Source: Macrostomum lignano (Eukaryota). From it: DNA of 64,000 nucleotides. This document shows positions 12,837-25,700 of the stretch, piece after piece. A model generated the notes under the pieces. It made no database searches and was not told the DNA's origin. It saw only the letters and a program-made list of their open reading frames with translations. The first letter of the stretch is position 1, and each line of letters opens with the position of its first letter. The translations under genes were made by a program, and so were the position numbers. The DNA is taken from assembly GCA_002269645.1 (NCBI GenBank), contig NIVC01001457.1, forward strand, positions 124,001 through 188,000, read 5' to 3'.

Positions 12837-13964
12837 ATGACGCGACTCGATGCACAGATTGCTACACTGTCACTGCTATTGCAACTCCTGTTGCCACTTG
12901 GCGTACTATCTGCAAGCAGCCTGCGGCCTAGTCCAGATGCTCAATGCATTTGCAACTTTACTCAGATGGATTCCGAACTCAAGGAGCTATACAGACCTGG
13001 ACGGAACCACGCCGAGATGGTATTCAGCTTTGTGCACACATTAATATCATTGAACTTCAAGCTAACTGTTTATTTAAACGACTTCCGCGGCTGCATCAGA
13101 TTCTGGCTAGATAGGACCGGCCAGTGCGAAGAGGAATGCTCATGCAGTCGGGGCTTAGTCTGTTGCAGAGACAGCAGCCTCAACACCCTGGAGAGCAGCG
13201 CTCTGACATTGAAAGGTCAAGTGAAAAGTTCTTTCACAGCCTATTCGCACATTAAATTCCTTAACGATTATCAGAGCTCAACGTTTGATATAGTCAATGT
13301 TTTCTCTAGCGCCTTCTTTGAGTTTATTAATCTGCTCAAAGAGGACAATAGCAGAGCGCAGAGTGAAAGGCAACACTATCTAGCATTCTACAAGCGATTA
13401 GGCCAGAGTAAACCGCTGGAAACGATATTTGCGCAGACGATGCCAGTGCAGAACAGCAGCCAATCGATCGTACTTCGAATAGCCGAGCATTATCACTGCG
13501 ACACAACAAAAGTTTTGCCATTCTATCTAAACGTCTACGGCGTTGTGCTGCAGTACCTATTCATGAGTGAACTGCACAACGAGCTGATGCAATCATCGAG
13601 TTCAGGTCAAAAGAAAATCGCCTACTTTAGTGAGGAGCAACAAGTGTGGAAGAACTATTTAAGATTAGCTGACAACATGACCAAGCACATTATATTCTGC
13701 AGCACAAAGGAGATACGCGCTATAAGATCGCAAGAGATTAAGGAGAAAGACATGGCAATGCGCAATGCGGCAATAGTATTCAGCAGCTTTCTGATTATTC
13801 TGATAATCATCATAGCCCTGATTGCGGTATTCGCTTGCAAGACCAACAGGCAATTGACTACAGCACCCGTGACTATCAGAGATGAACCAGTTACATCGTC
13901 TGACGAATTCGAAAACCGCGACCTTCTATACAAGCGATACTACGAGTCAGATGAAACTGTTTAA
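12837..13964 (+). CDS. Orphan single-pass type I membrane protein, 375 aa, intronless
   Basis: Signal peptide (IATLSLLLQLLLPLGVLSA), Cys-containing ectodomain, TM segment AAIVFSSFLIILIIIIALIAVFAC, and a short Tyr-containing tail ending YYESDETV. Confidence 0.85.
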   Translation: MTRLDAQIATLSLLLQLLLPLGVLSASSLRPSPDAQCICNFTQMDSELKELYRPGRNHAEMVFSFVHTLISLNFKLTVYLNDFRGCIRFWLDRTGQCEEECSCSRGLVCCRDSSLNTLESSALTLKGQVKSSFTAYSHIKFLNDYQSSTFDIVNVFSSAFFEFINLLKEDNSRAQSERQHYLAFYKRLGQSKPLETIFAQTMPVQNSSQSIVLRIAEHYHCDTTKVLPFYLNVYGVVLQYLFMSELHNELMQSSSSGQKKIAYFSEEQQVWKNYLRLADNMTKHIIFCSTKEIRAIRSQEIKEKDMAMRNAAIVFSSFLIILIIIIALIAVFACKTNRQLTTAPVTIRDEPVTSSDEFENRDLLYKRYYESDETV

Positions 13965-14658
13965 ACTATATATCCATATTTCTAATTATAAAAACGCACC
14001 CCATTCCTATTATGCATACTGTGTAATCTTCATTTGCACAATACTGTTTGCTGCACTCATTTGTAAACTAATTTACTGAGCAAAAACTTATTCATTATTT
14101 TTTGCTTAACGCGTTAAAACTTTGCGTGTATTTTACAAAAATTCGATACTCATATCAAAATTAACGAAACAATGTACTACAGATACGAAATTGAAAGTAT
14201 TGAAATATAAATAAACTCGTTTCTACTCGTATTATGAAACTCTTTCGCTAACTCAGCATCTTGTAAACAAATTTTGGACTTAAAGGCTACCTAAAATTGA
14301 TTTAGGGACTAAAAGTGAAATGTTCGACTAAATTTCTATTTTCATTGATTTTCGAAATAGCAGTTTTGCTTAACTATTACTAACACTAGCATAATGAAAT
14401 AGGGCAAATAAAAAAGCGAAGAACAACTAAAAACGAAATTTCTCAAATTTAATCAATCACTTTATTATATACAATTTGATGTTAAACAAGGTCAGACAGC
14501 AGGTGCACAAGTAGTCACACATGCCGCTGGAATTGGCAGTACACTGTCGGCAATATAATCAGCAGTCTACATGAATTGTGAATCAATTCAAGCCATTAGT
14601 ATTGGCGCCTGTCAAGCACCAAGGAGACACCAGCCTGCAAAAAGTAGCCTGCCAAAAA

Positions 14659-14736
14659 CTACTTGCTCCTTTCTCTCATCTTCCTGCGCTTGCGTTTTAG
14701 TCTGCGCATTCGCTTTTTACGCCACTTGGCACGCAT
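14659..14736 (-). CDS. RPL41: Ribosomal protein eL41 (L41), copy 2
   Basis: Encodes the same 25-aa peptide with a TAG stop. AATAAA on the minus strand at 14461-14466. Confidence 0.95.
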   Translation of the reverse strand: MRAKWRKKRMRRLKRKRRKMRERSK

Positions 14737-15176
14737 GGCGCATGAATGGCAAGCATCAACAAGGTAAAACTTTTGTGCATACATTCACCTTGAAAATACT
14801 TCGATTGCACTAAAACCTTCGATACAATAAATCACTCTTCATTCAGTACTTAAAGTAGACTAAAAAACACTTAGCAAAAATAAGCATTATTTCGAACTAT
14901 TAAATGAATCAGACTAGATCTTTATATATCACTTCTCTCTATCTGATTTCATTCCATAACCCTGCTTTCTTTTTGTGACTCAGTTCTTTTGCATTAGCTT
15001 TTTCTACAAATCTATATAGGTCTATATAGAAACAAATGGCACTAAAACCAAGATCCCACAGTTACAATACTCACAAAGTGCTAAAAATAGATGCTCTAAA
15101 TAGAGGCATTATTTACGCTTCATTGCACCCAATACTTCTAGCTGCTTATGGCAAATTCTCAAGAACTGAAGACTGA

Positions 15177-15440
15177 GTACAATGTGCACTGATCAAATTT
15201 CTGACCCCAGAAGGCTTAAAACCTGCTGAAATCCAAATTTGCATAGCTGGTATATATACTGGGATTGCCCCTTCATATTCCACTATCAAGCATTAAGCAC
15301 AAATCATTGAGATCCTACACTAGCTGGATCTATAGGGCAAACTTATGGATTTACCACCATGATCCCAAGTCAAAGAAAGAGTTGAAACAGTGGCTACTAG
15401 TTGGTGTACCTGCACCAACTAAAACTATGTTTCAAACAAA
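15177..15440 (+). mobile_element. Degenerate, internally deleted mariner transposase relic
   Basis: LIKFLTPEGLKPAEIQ...APSYSTIKH resembles the mariner N-terminal HTH. WIYHHDPKSKKELKQW resembles the WxxxYDPExKxQSxxW segment after the first catalytic Asp. Contains stops and frameshifts. Confidence 0.75.
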
Positions 15441-16689
15441 AATAACTCCAATCCTAACATTAGGTTTAACCATAACAGATAAGGTTATAAAAGATATAAA
15501 TTCTATTGTTAAGCTTATCAAAGGTACTTAAACAGAAAAATATTTCTATAAAATTCAGTTAATATTATATAATCAAAATTGTAAGAAAATTTATAGTTTT
15601 TTTAATTTTAGATATAGGACTTAGAATTCCTAGACTTTATTATACTTAGCTAAGATTTAAACTATGCTATTTTTCCTTTTCTCATGCTAGATTGCACCAG
15701 ACTATGCTAATACTGCCAAGGGTCAATTCACACTAGACATCTTATATCTAAAGCTGAGTGGATTGATCGATTAACTGGCCGGGTTTAAGGCGTATCTCCT
15801 CCTAAATGGCTGGCAACTCAAATGTGGGACTTATAAATATATAAATGCAGAATTTTCCTACACAACAAATAGGCTATTTTAATGTTAAAATTTTCAAAAT
15901 TAATTCTGTTAAAAAAGCAGAAAACTGTTTTCTTAACCTTCTTTGGCCACTTTTTCTGCTCTGAACTGAAAAGTTGCATCAATTTTGAGTGATTGCGCCA
16001 CAACTTTTTCCTATCTCAGCAGTGTATTTTCTTTCCAGTGGGGGGATGGGGCGTTCTAAGTGGCTGTGTGTGTACACTTGGACCCTTGCTAACTGGCGGG
16101 CAGTGAAATTCAATGCATAAACTTGCGAGCTTCTCACTGTAGCAGGCAGTGAATATACACTAAAAAATGCAATGCTTTAAACTGGGAAATTTCAAACGCA
16201 AACTGTTCTTCAAGTTTAGAACTTTGAGAGAAAAGACTTATATTGCTGGAAAGATCTTTCAATGCTGATATAAGTTGTTTGCTTTAAGTATGAAAACTAA
16301 AAGCACAGCATTCAAAAAATGATTTCCATACTTTTAACTTTCTGCAAAGATTGTACTCATTTTTGCAAGATGCAATAGATAAATTTGGGGCTTCAACTTC
16401 TAACTGCCGCTGCGTATTGGAGGGTTGATTTAGATTGCGCAATCATTTTGTTAACTTTAACTGAGACTGATACTGACTGACAGAAAAATTGATTTCGCAA
16501 TTAATTGGTTCATTTTTTTATTATCGGCGCCTTTCAACAGGCAGCATTGTGTAGCTCTAACCCTGACCTTAACCCTAACCACTGAATCCTTTTCTTTGCA
16601 TTATATTTAAGCCAGACAATTAGAATGCGTTTTTAATACACTCCAATTTAACAGAGTCTGTTGATTAAATTGATGGATTTTTGTTTGAA

Positions 16690-16960
16690 GAAGATAATAT
16701 TGATAGATATTTGTTTAATAGAGTGAATTTTGATGAATATTAGTTTCACAGAGAGGATTTTGATGGAATTAAGTTTTACTGAGAGGATTTTGATGGAGTT
16801 CTGTTTGACAGAGGGAATTTTGATGGATTTCTATTTCACAGAAAGGATTTTGATGAATATCTCTTTGACTGAGAGAGTTTTTATAAATAAAAATCTGTTT
16901 GAAAGAAAGGATTTTGATGGATTTCTATTTCATGGAGAGGAATTTGATGGATTTTAGAGA
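16690..16960. repeat. Degenerate ~30-bp tandem repeat
   Basis: Recurrent GAGGATTTTGATGGA...TTTCACAGA units. Confidence 0.7.
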
Positions 16961-17481
16961 GGACTTGGATGATGGGATTCAGGTCATAGGATTCAGCTGA
17001 TGGATTCCGGTGATGGGAGTTCTTCTCCTTTTTCCTACAACAGAGGAGTTGGCCTCATTGTCTATAATAATAGCTATTAGCTGTAATAGTCCTTAGTTTT
17101 CTTAAAATTCTTAAAATGCTTAGTTAGATCTTGGCCAAATATATTTCTTATAATAATAATAATAATAATAGTATATTAGACAAAATTTCTATTTTAGTCA
17201 ATTAGCTATAGGAGTGCTAGTTGCCATCTTAATGTTTTCTAGGTTAGGGTATTCAAACATGGTCTAAATGATTAACAAAATGCTAGAATACCTTACACTA
17301 TGCATATTATATGGCAATTGAGCTGTATGTATGTTAACATTAATAACTATATATATTTTTCATTTGCACACTATTCATGCTGAGGTTTTAAAATGGATGC
17401 TGGAAAATTTAAGTTATATTATATGGGCTATCTTCTAAAGTATAAGGCAATAAGTATACACAATTAATACTATATACCCTA

Positions 17482-17841
17482 AGGGGGCCATAGCCCAGCG
17501 GTAGCGCAGCTGCTCTGGTGTGCCAGCGATCCAGGCTCGATTCCAAGTGCAGTCATATTAATTTGGGGCTGAATTGGAATCTTGGCTTGGCTCTGCTTGT
17601 GCAATTAACGGCCTTGAGAGCCAACCCCCCAAGGCGCAGTGAAGTGTACATGCCTAACGATAAAATAAAGTCAGGGCTGCTGTATACTCCTATGTGAGTG
17701 TGTGCCTATGTACATATCCGCACGCTTGTATGCCTGCTCAGGGGAGTTGGCGGAATGGGCAGTAATGCCTCTCGCCGGTTGTGTGCCTATGTCACTTAAA
17801 GTGTGCCAGGGTGCATACAACCCCCCTGCCTCTAATAAAAA
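17482..17841 (+). mobile_element. tRNA-derived SINE with 16-bp target-site duplication
   Basis: A box TAGCCCAGCGG (17491), B box GGCTCGATTCC (17534), A-rich tail. AATACTATATACCCTA is duplicated at 17466-17481 and 17842-17857. Confidence 0.85.
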
Positions 17842-20164
17842 AATACTATATACCCTAGACCCTATTTCTTCTTTTTATGCCTTTTCTTATTCCAAACCTA
17901 GGCTTACTATTTAAGCAATACTATTAAAAGTAGAAAATTTATACATGTAAAGATTTGTTTAAATGTTTTATTACATGCTTAAAATACATAGAAAGCTTTA
18001 AATTTATGCTTAAAAATTAACTTTTGTAATCTTTTTCTTGCTTTACAATAACTTTTCTAGCGTGATTCTATTAGGCACACACTAGGTATACATGCACACT
18101 TATTTTTGGTACCCAATGCACGCCCGAATTTTTGGGCATATACTACATGATCTAGAATATGGGCTGCAATTACAAATATTGACAGCTTACTGTTTGCTGT
18201 TAAATACCATTGGCTGGCTATTATGAGTATTGTTATGATTCTATGCAATGATAATAATGCATTTTCACTATAAACAATTATTTAACTTATAAAATTCATA
18301 TATAAAATAATTGCATTATATTTTTGTAGACAAAAGAATGGCAGAAAAACTAATAGCAGACTGAATAGATAGAATGACCATCAACTACATTGACAATGAC
18401 TAAATTACCAAAAAGGGTCAAACTTGATTGGTTGGTATATGATATAATATTTTAAATTTAATCTAAATATAATTTAGAAAATTTTATTTTTCCATTATTT
18501 TCTAAAATTTTGTTTGGCAAGGCAGGCAAGCTAGGCCCTACTCTTCTTGAAAATTTATTATATCTAATAATAGAAAAATATCTAATATTCCTCTTTTTAT
18601 TATCTAGATAAAATTGATTTAGGCTAGGTAAAAGCTAAACCAAAAAAGGAACAAATATTTGAAATAGGCTCTTACTTGGAATTGAATTGACCAAATATTT
18701 ACATTGAATTGGAATTGGAAGTTTGACAATCTAAATACTAGGAATAATTGCTTTGAGGTAGGCCTATGAGTTTTTTTAGATATTCATTTGGGATATTTTG
18801 ATTATTTATTTATAAGCAAACATGAAAAACATGAAAAGAAAAAAACAAATAGGCCTAGGCTTATAAACTGAAAGAAAAGAAAAATATAGGCCTACTCAGC
18901 AATATAGGGCCTATTTAAGTTTCCACTCCAAAGCCAGCCAGTGGACAATGGTGAAATGATGAATTATATTCATTAATTGAATAGGCCCCAGTGAATAATT
19001 TATTTATTAATACTTAAATCATTATAATCAAATATTATTCATTAAAAATAGGCCTAGCCTACACTAATATCAGTTTATTTTTCTTCATATAAGCTTGATT
19101 TGATTGCAAAATCAGGCTATACAACACTGGGTTTTTTGGGCCATAGAGTTTTTTGGCCCGTTGAAAATCTCATTGGCAACTGGATTTTGAGCCCCAAAGG
19201 CCAGCTTGCAACTGGATTTCCATCCAACCTTAGAAAAAACCCAGATACAATACAACATGAGCCCGCTGGCATGTAGGCCTAGGAATTGCATCACTTGGGG
19301 CTAAGATCTGAGGGAAGTTGACCACTGCTTTTGGAGTGGAAACTTTAACATGTTGCTGACTCTACTTTTTCATGTCAATCTTCACTTTGTCTTTTAAAAC
19401 CAGCAAGAATAAATATATAATGCATATACTTGTCCGACGCTCTGATTTTAGATCGCGCAGGTTTTCACAGAGCAAGAGTATGTGCATTTAAACTTGCACA
19501 AAAAATCGTTTATTGGACTTAATAAATAAACAAAAACTAGAGACTTTTAGACTCATGTCAGCCTGCAGTAAACTAGGAGCTTATCATCCTTTATGTCGAA
19601 ATCAGAAAATTACTAAAATTTAAAATTTATAACGTTAAGCGTTCAAAATATTGTCGATGTATCACTTCTTTTTTTCCAAGTTATAGATCGTCGTCGACTA
19701 ATACTAAAAATGAGTTGTCTGTATGTATAAGATAGATTTCAGAAAAAACGGCTCGACCGATTTTCTTCAAACTAGCACCATTCGATCAGAAATTTTCCTG
19801 GGACGATACATGCATATTGGCTAAGAAATTGCTCAATTTTAAAGGGATTAAATATTCGAAAAACATGCTTTTTTGCAAAGGTCAAGCAAACTTTTCGACT
19901 TGAAATGCATTGTAAGGATGCTAGAGAAAAACCTGACTGACTGAATTTCAATTCTGATAACGATTGCATCACAACAAGTTGAAAACAGTGCCGAAGAAAT
20001 GCACACATTTTTTAATTTAAATTGCGTAACCAATATTGCTAACTTGAATTGAGACTGATACTGGCTGACTGAGAATTATAGATTATGTCAAAACTTTTTA
20101 CTCTAACTGACTTGCTGTGAGTATTGAATTATAACGGCCAGAATTCATGTTATCCATTTGAAAA

Positions 20165-20235
20165 GAGATTAGCCTAGCTGCGAACAGCCTGGACTGCCAA
20201 TTGTAGCGACCACGGTTCGAATCTACGAGTAGTAG
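20165..20235 (+). mobile_element. Degenerate tRNA-like/SINE head relic
   Basis: A-box-like TAGCCTAGCTG (20170) and B-box-like GGTTCGAATCT (20214) at tRNA spacing; no convincing cloverleaf. Confidence 0.35.
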
Positions 20236-20284
20236 TGCAAAATGATTTTTTTATTAAAAAACCTTAAAAAACACAAAATGCTAA

Positions 20285-21865
20285 ACATAAAAGAAGCGCA
20301 ATGTCAAACATAAAAGTGGCATCATGTCAAACATAAAATTGGCACCATGTCAAACATAAAAGAGCCACCATGCCAAACATAAAGAGCCACCATGTCGAAC
20401 ATAGAAGAGACACCATGTCAACCATTAAAGTGCCACCATGTCAAACATATATGTGACTCCATTTCAAACATAACAGAGCCACCATGGCGAACATTAAAGA
20501 GTCACCATATCAAACATTAAAGTGCCACTATGTCAAACATATATTGTAGAGTGTTCTACCTCCCGTTAAAAAAGGTTAAAAGAAGATAATCGTATAATGC
20601 TACTATAAGTAAGTAAGTACACGCATGTGTGCCTAAGCTTTGAATGAATCACGCTACCAGGAAAAGATGTTACCAAAATGATACGCCATGAGCCATTTTC
20701 CCCTTTTAGCGCAACAAGTGGTTGGTAATGATGCTATTTTGGATCAAAAAGTTGCCTATAAATACAAGCGGTCCGAAGCGGACCAGGAGCAAACTCCCGA
20801 CGAGAGGAGAAGCTCCGAAGAGGAAGCCTTAGGAGGACTTCCTGATCAACCAAGTCAATTGAGACCCGGTCGAGTCGTTGCGGTAAGCCTTCCTTATTTG
20901 CGCCCGTTGTGTTAGAGACGTCTCGCTCAAGTCTATTGAGACTTGAGTCTATTTGAGTCTGTTGAGACTCTTGAGTCTGTTTAGACTCCATTGGTTGCAG
21001 TCTCCAGAAGGACTGCCCCTGATAGATCTTAGGAGACTATCAGTGGTTTCCGGAGCCATACCTAGAGTGCATAGAGGCACTGCTAGAAGAAGGAGGCTTA
21101 ATTCAGACCGCAGTTTGGCGCAGGGATCCCATTGTTAATTCGGAAGCTTCCCATTGGTCCGAGCGACAGAATCCGGCCGGAACTATTTGAAGAAGAAAGA
21201 AGAATCGGACCCGATCTACAAACGAAAGTCAGAAGTGACTGTACGAGAGCAACTGAAAACAATCGAGAGCTACTCCGAGAGATCTCCAAAGGACTCAAGG
21301 TAATTGAATACCTTCTGTTGACTTACTGGGTTGCCTAGCTACTGAGCTAGAAGTGATTGTTCCTTGATTATCGAAAGTCGGGTAATAAGGAACACATCAA
21401 TATGTGACCTCCATGTCAAACATAAAAGAGCCACCATGGCGAACATTAAAGAGCCACCATGTCAAACAATTCTGAGCCACCATTTCAAACGTAAAAGGGC
21501 CACCTTGGCAAACATAGTAGAGCCACCATGTCAAACATTAAAGAGCTACCATGTCAAACATAGAAGAGCCACCATGTCAAACGTTAAAGAGCCACCATGC
21601 CAAACAGAAAAGAGCCACCATGCCAAACAGAAAAGAGCCACTATGTCGAACATAAAAGAGCCACCATGTGAAACATATATGTGACTCCATGTCAAACATA
21701 AGAGGGCCAACATTGCGAACATTAAAGAGCCATTTCGTCAAACATATACGTGACTCCGTGTCAAACATTAAAGAGCCACCACGTCGAACATAAAATAGCA
21801 CCATGTCGAATATAAATGTGCCACCATTTCAGATATAAAAGAGCCACCATGTCAAACATAAAAGA
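20285..21865. repeat. ~23-bp minisatellite split by an insertion
   Basis: AAAGAGCCACCATGTCAAACATA variants at 20285-20544 and 21400-21865. Confidence 0.85.
20545..21399. mobile_element. Probable solo LTR (855 bp)
   Basis: TG...CA ends, ATAT duplicated at 20541-20544 and 21400-21403; interrupts a minisatellite unit. Confidence 0.65.
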
Positions 21866-22654
21866 ATCACCATATCACCATATATTTATTATGTACATAA
21901 GCATTAATAAATGGAACTCACTCAAAGCAGCAAGCAAGAATAAGATGCCGTACGACCTCATGCATAGGAGACTTACTGCCCGGTCCTTTAGAATCTGGTC
22001 CTAAATGAATAGAACAACGAATAATACAGAGGTAGAAGTAGAAAAGTCCTCTCTGTATCTGACTTTGCCGTGCGCTCTTTTTCTCTTTATCGGCAAAGTC
22101 TTCGAGTTGGACAGCTAAAAGATGTTCTGCATGTGCATACAGATATTCGTAGCCGGTCATCAAAATCAACCGCAAAGACGCAGACCTACATGGATACGTA
22201 GCTGCATACTTACCATATTTTGAGACCTGCATATAGTTTCCCTGTTTTGGGAATATCTAATGCGATCGATCCTGTTCAGGCCGAGAATGCCTGCTCATAC
22301 TGTTCGGGTGCAAGTGGCGTGAAGATACAGCCTACTGGTTTGCTCATCACACAATTAAGTCTTTAGCATCTCTGAGTGTCTCTGCATCAATGCGATTAAA
22401 CGCTACAAGCTCACTGAAGTGTACAAGAAACAGATGGCAAAACTCGCTCGCTTCGGTTTGACTCTTCTAGGACTGAACTGAGTCTGAGGCGACGAGGCGT
22501 GGAAAGCTCTGCTGATCAGCCAGTTTAGTTATTTGCCTCTGTCGCTGCTTGCTTAAATGTGGTTGCTTAGCAATAACAAGTCAGCGTAGTAGAGGGAAGA
22601 GGCTTTGGAGACCAATGATGAATAGGAAGAGTCGCGCTAAAAATTTTCGCATTC

Positions 22655-22661
22655 TATAAAT
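22655..22661 (+). promoter_or_regulatory. TATA box of gene A
   Basis: TATAAAT 73 bp upstream of the ATG at 22728; conserved in the duplicate at 37244-37250. Confidence 0.55.
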
Positions 22662-22727
22662 ATGTCGGTTAAAGGAGTTCAGCTGTTTATCGACTGCCAG
22701 TGGTCTACTTGAGCATCAGAAGCTGCA

Positions 22728-25700
22728 ATGACACTGCTGGATTTGCGATCGCAGCTGCACCTGCTTCTGTTCCAGCTGCTCTTTAGTAAGTCTGCCTTGG
22801 AATTGGATCAAGATTTTCTTTATTCAAGCTAACTAATTTCGAAGAAATTTACTACTAGCGCTACAGGAAGAAACTTTGAAAGGACCAATATAAACACTTT
22901 TCAGTCACTGAACGATAGTTCTTTGGTCTTCAAGATATCGCTCGAAATTTCTACGCGTAGCTAATATCCTCAGTTAGACATGTAGCAAGATTTCTAATGT
23001 AGCATGCGGTTCAGACAATGAGAAGATAGCTCAGTCAATTTACAATCATCATCAAATTTTCTTCAAAATAGACTGGGCACTCAAGGTGAATCGATCGCTC
23101 GCATTTCAGCACTAACATTCGCTGAAGAGCTCGGCGCCATCAAAACGTCACACAGTTTCAACAGCTATTCTCTAAGGAATAACGGTTCTGTGATCGTGAG
23201 CCAGCACCTCAGCAGCAAGTTGATCAACACGAGCGTTCGATCCGACGCTGACTGCGTGCTGACGTGCCAGGAGAACTCCTGCACCGCCGCCATCGTCAAG
23301 GACGTCCCAACGGGTGGCTGCAAGTGCCAGGTGCTCGTCACCGACCCTTCGATGGGGCGGAGTCAGAGTCCGGAGAGCTTCATTGCCAGAGCGTTCCAGG
23401 CTGATGACGGCGTGAGAATCTGGACAGCTGAGAACTTTGAGAATCTAACGACGCCTAGGAAAATCGATTTCGCAATGACTTTTATTGGTGAGTTTGGCGC
23501 ATTGCGCAACTTAAGGAATAGAAAGCATGTGGAAATAAGCCTGACTTAATTGAGGCAGAACGGGACACCTAATTAACTTGTTTCTTGAAAAATTAAAACA
23601 CAATAATACGAACGTACTGATGGCATCACTTATTTGAAATCCAATTTCTAAGTACAATAGCTACTAAAACATTTCAGCCGCAGGCTCGGGGAGACTCGGC
23701 TCTGTTCAGTTTGTGGCAATAAACGACAGCGGCTGCTACCGAATCGCAGCTTACGGTGCCAGAGGCGGTCTCAACACAAGGTACACTCACCAAAAACCGG
23801 GCAAGGGTGCCTCAACTGCGGGTAACTTTTTTTCTGACCGCCGGCACTCGACTGGCCCTTGTGGTGGGTAAGGCTGGCGAGAGCTCGTCGGGACAGTACG
23901 ACGGGGCTGGCGGCGGCGGAGGCAGCTTCGTGTACACTTCCGACAAGGACCAGCAGCTGCTCATTGCAGCCGGGGGAGGCGGCGGCTCTACGTACAGAAA
24001 TGATGGCAAGTACCGATAGACATGTATAGTTGTCTGTGTTCTGCACACTGATGTACTACTACATACATTCCCATTATTTTGTCGTTAGGCACCATCGTGG
24101 GTTGCGCGAAGGGGCTTTAGCACGAAAAGGCTTTAGCACCAAGGGGCTTTAGCACCAAGGGGCTTTAGCACCAAGGGGCTTTAGCACCAAGGGGCTTTAG
24201 CACCAAGGGGCTTTAGCACCAAGGGGCTTTAGCACCAAGGGGCTTTAGCACCAAGGGGCTTTAGCACCAAGGGCTTTAGCACCAAGGGGCTTTAGCACCA
24301 AGGGGCTTTAGCACCAAGGGGCTTTAGCACCAAGGGGCTTTAGCACCAAGGGGCTTTAGCACCAAGGGGCTTTAGCACCAAGGGGCTTTAGCACCAAGGG
24401 GCTTTAGCACCAAGGGGCTTTAGCACCAAGGGGCTTTAGCACCAAGGGGCTTTAGCACCAAGGGGCTTTAGCACCAAGGGGCTTTAGCACCAAGGGGCTT
24501 TAGCACCAAGGGGCGCCAGCACCAAGGGGCTTTAGCACCAAGGGGCTTTAGCACCAAGGGGCTTTAGCACCAAGGGGCTTTAGCACCAAGGGGCTTTAGC
24601 ACCAAGGGGCTTTAGCACCAAAAGGCTTTAGCGCCAAGGGGCTTTAGCACCAAAAGGCTTTAGCGCCAAGGGGCTTTAGCACCAAGGGGCTTTAGCACCA
24701 AGGGGCTTTAGCACCAAGGGGCTTTAGCACCAAGGGGCTTTAGCACCAAGGGGCTTTAGCACCAAGGGGCTTTAGCACCAAGGGGCTTTAGCACCAAGGG
24801 GCTTTAGCACCAAGGGGCTTTAGCACCAAGGGGCTTTAGCACCAAGGGGCTTTAGCACCAAGGGGCTTTAGCACCAAGGGGCTTTAGCACCAAGGGGCTT
24901 TAGCACCAAGGGGCTTTAGCACCAAGGGGCTTTAGCACCAAGGGGCTTTAGCACCAAGGGGCTTTAGCACCAAGGGGCTTTAGCACCAAGGGGCTTTAGC
25001 ACCAAGGGGCTTTAGCACCAAGGGGCTTTAGCACCAAGGGGCTTTAGCACCAAGGGGCTTTAGCACCAAGGGGCTTTAGCACCAAGGGGCTTTAGCACCA
25101 AGGGGCTTTAGCACCAAGGGGCTTTAGCACCAAGGGGCGCCAGCACCAAGGGGCGCCAGCACCAAGGGGCGCCAGCACCAAGGGGCGCCAGCACCAAGGG
25201 GCGCCAGCACCAAGGGGCGCCAGCACCAAGGGGCGCCAGCACCAAGGGGCTTTAGCACCAAGGGGCTTTAGCACCAAGGGGCTTTAGCACCAAGGGGCTT
25301 TAGCACCAAGGGGCGCCAGCACCAAGGGGCTTTAGCACCAAGGGGCTTTAGCACCAAGGGGCTTTAGCACCAAGGGGCGCCAGCACCAAGGGGCTTTAGC
25401 ACCAAGGGGCGCCAGCACCAAGGGGCGCCAGCACCAAGGGGCGCCAGCACCAAGGGGCTTTAGCACCAAGGGGCTTTAGCACCAAGGGGCTTTAGCACCA
25501 AGGGGCTTTAGCACCAAGGGGCTTTAGCACCAAGGGGCTTTAGCACCAAGGGGCTTTAGCACCAAGGGGCTTTAGCACCAAGGGGCTTTAGCACCAAGGG
25601 GCTTTAGCACCAAAAGGCTTTAGCGCCAAGGGGCTTTAGCACCAAAAGGCTTTAGCGCCAAGGGGCTTTAGCACCAAAAGGCTTTAGCACCAAGTAGCTT

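Noticed and set aside
17483-17555. Functional tRNA gene
   Set aside because: Acceptor and T stems pair poorly, and the sequence continues into a tailed body with a TSD, so it is a SINE head.
22359-22990. Dispersed repeat or transposon shared with 37007-37542
   Set aside because: Better explained as the gene A promoter and signal exon copied by the tandem duplication.
24110-25700. CRISPR-like appearance of this and other arrays (39620-40080, 58775-59300, 61415-62615)
   Set aside because: Head-to-tail units with no unique spacers, no cas genes, and a eukaryotic context.
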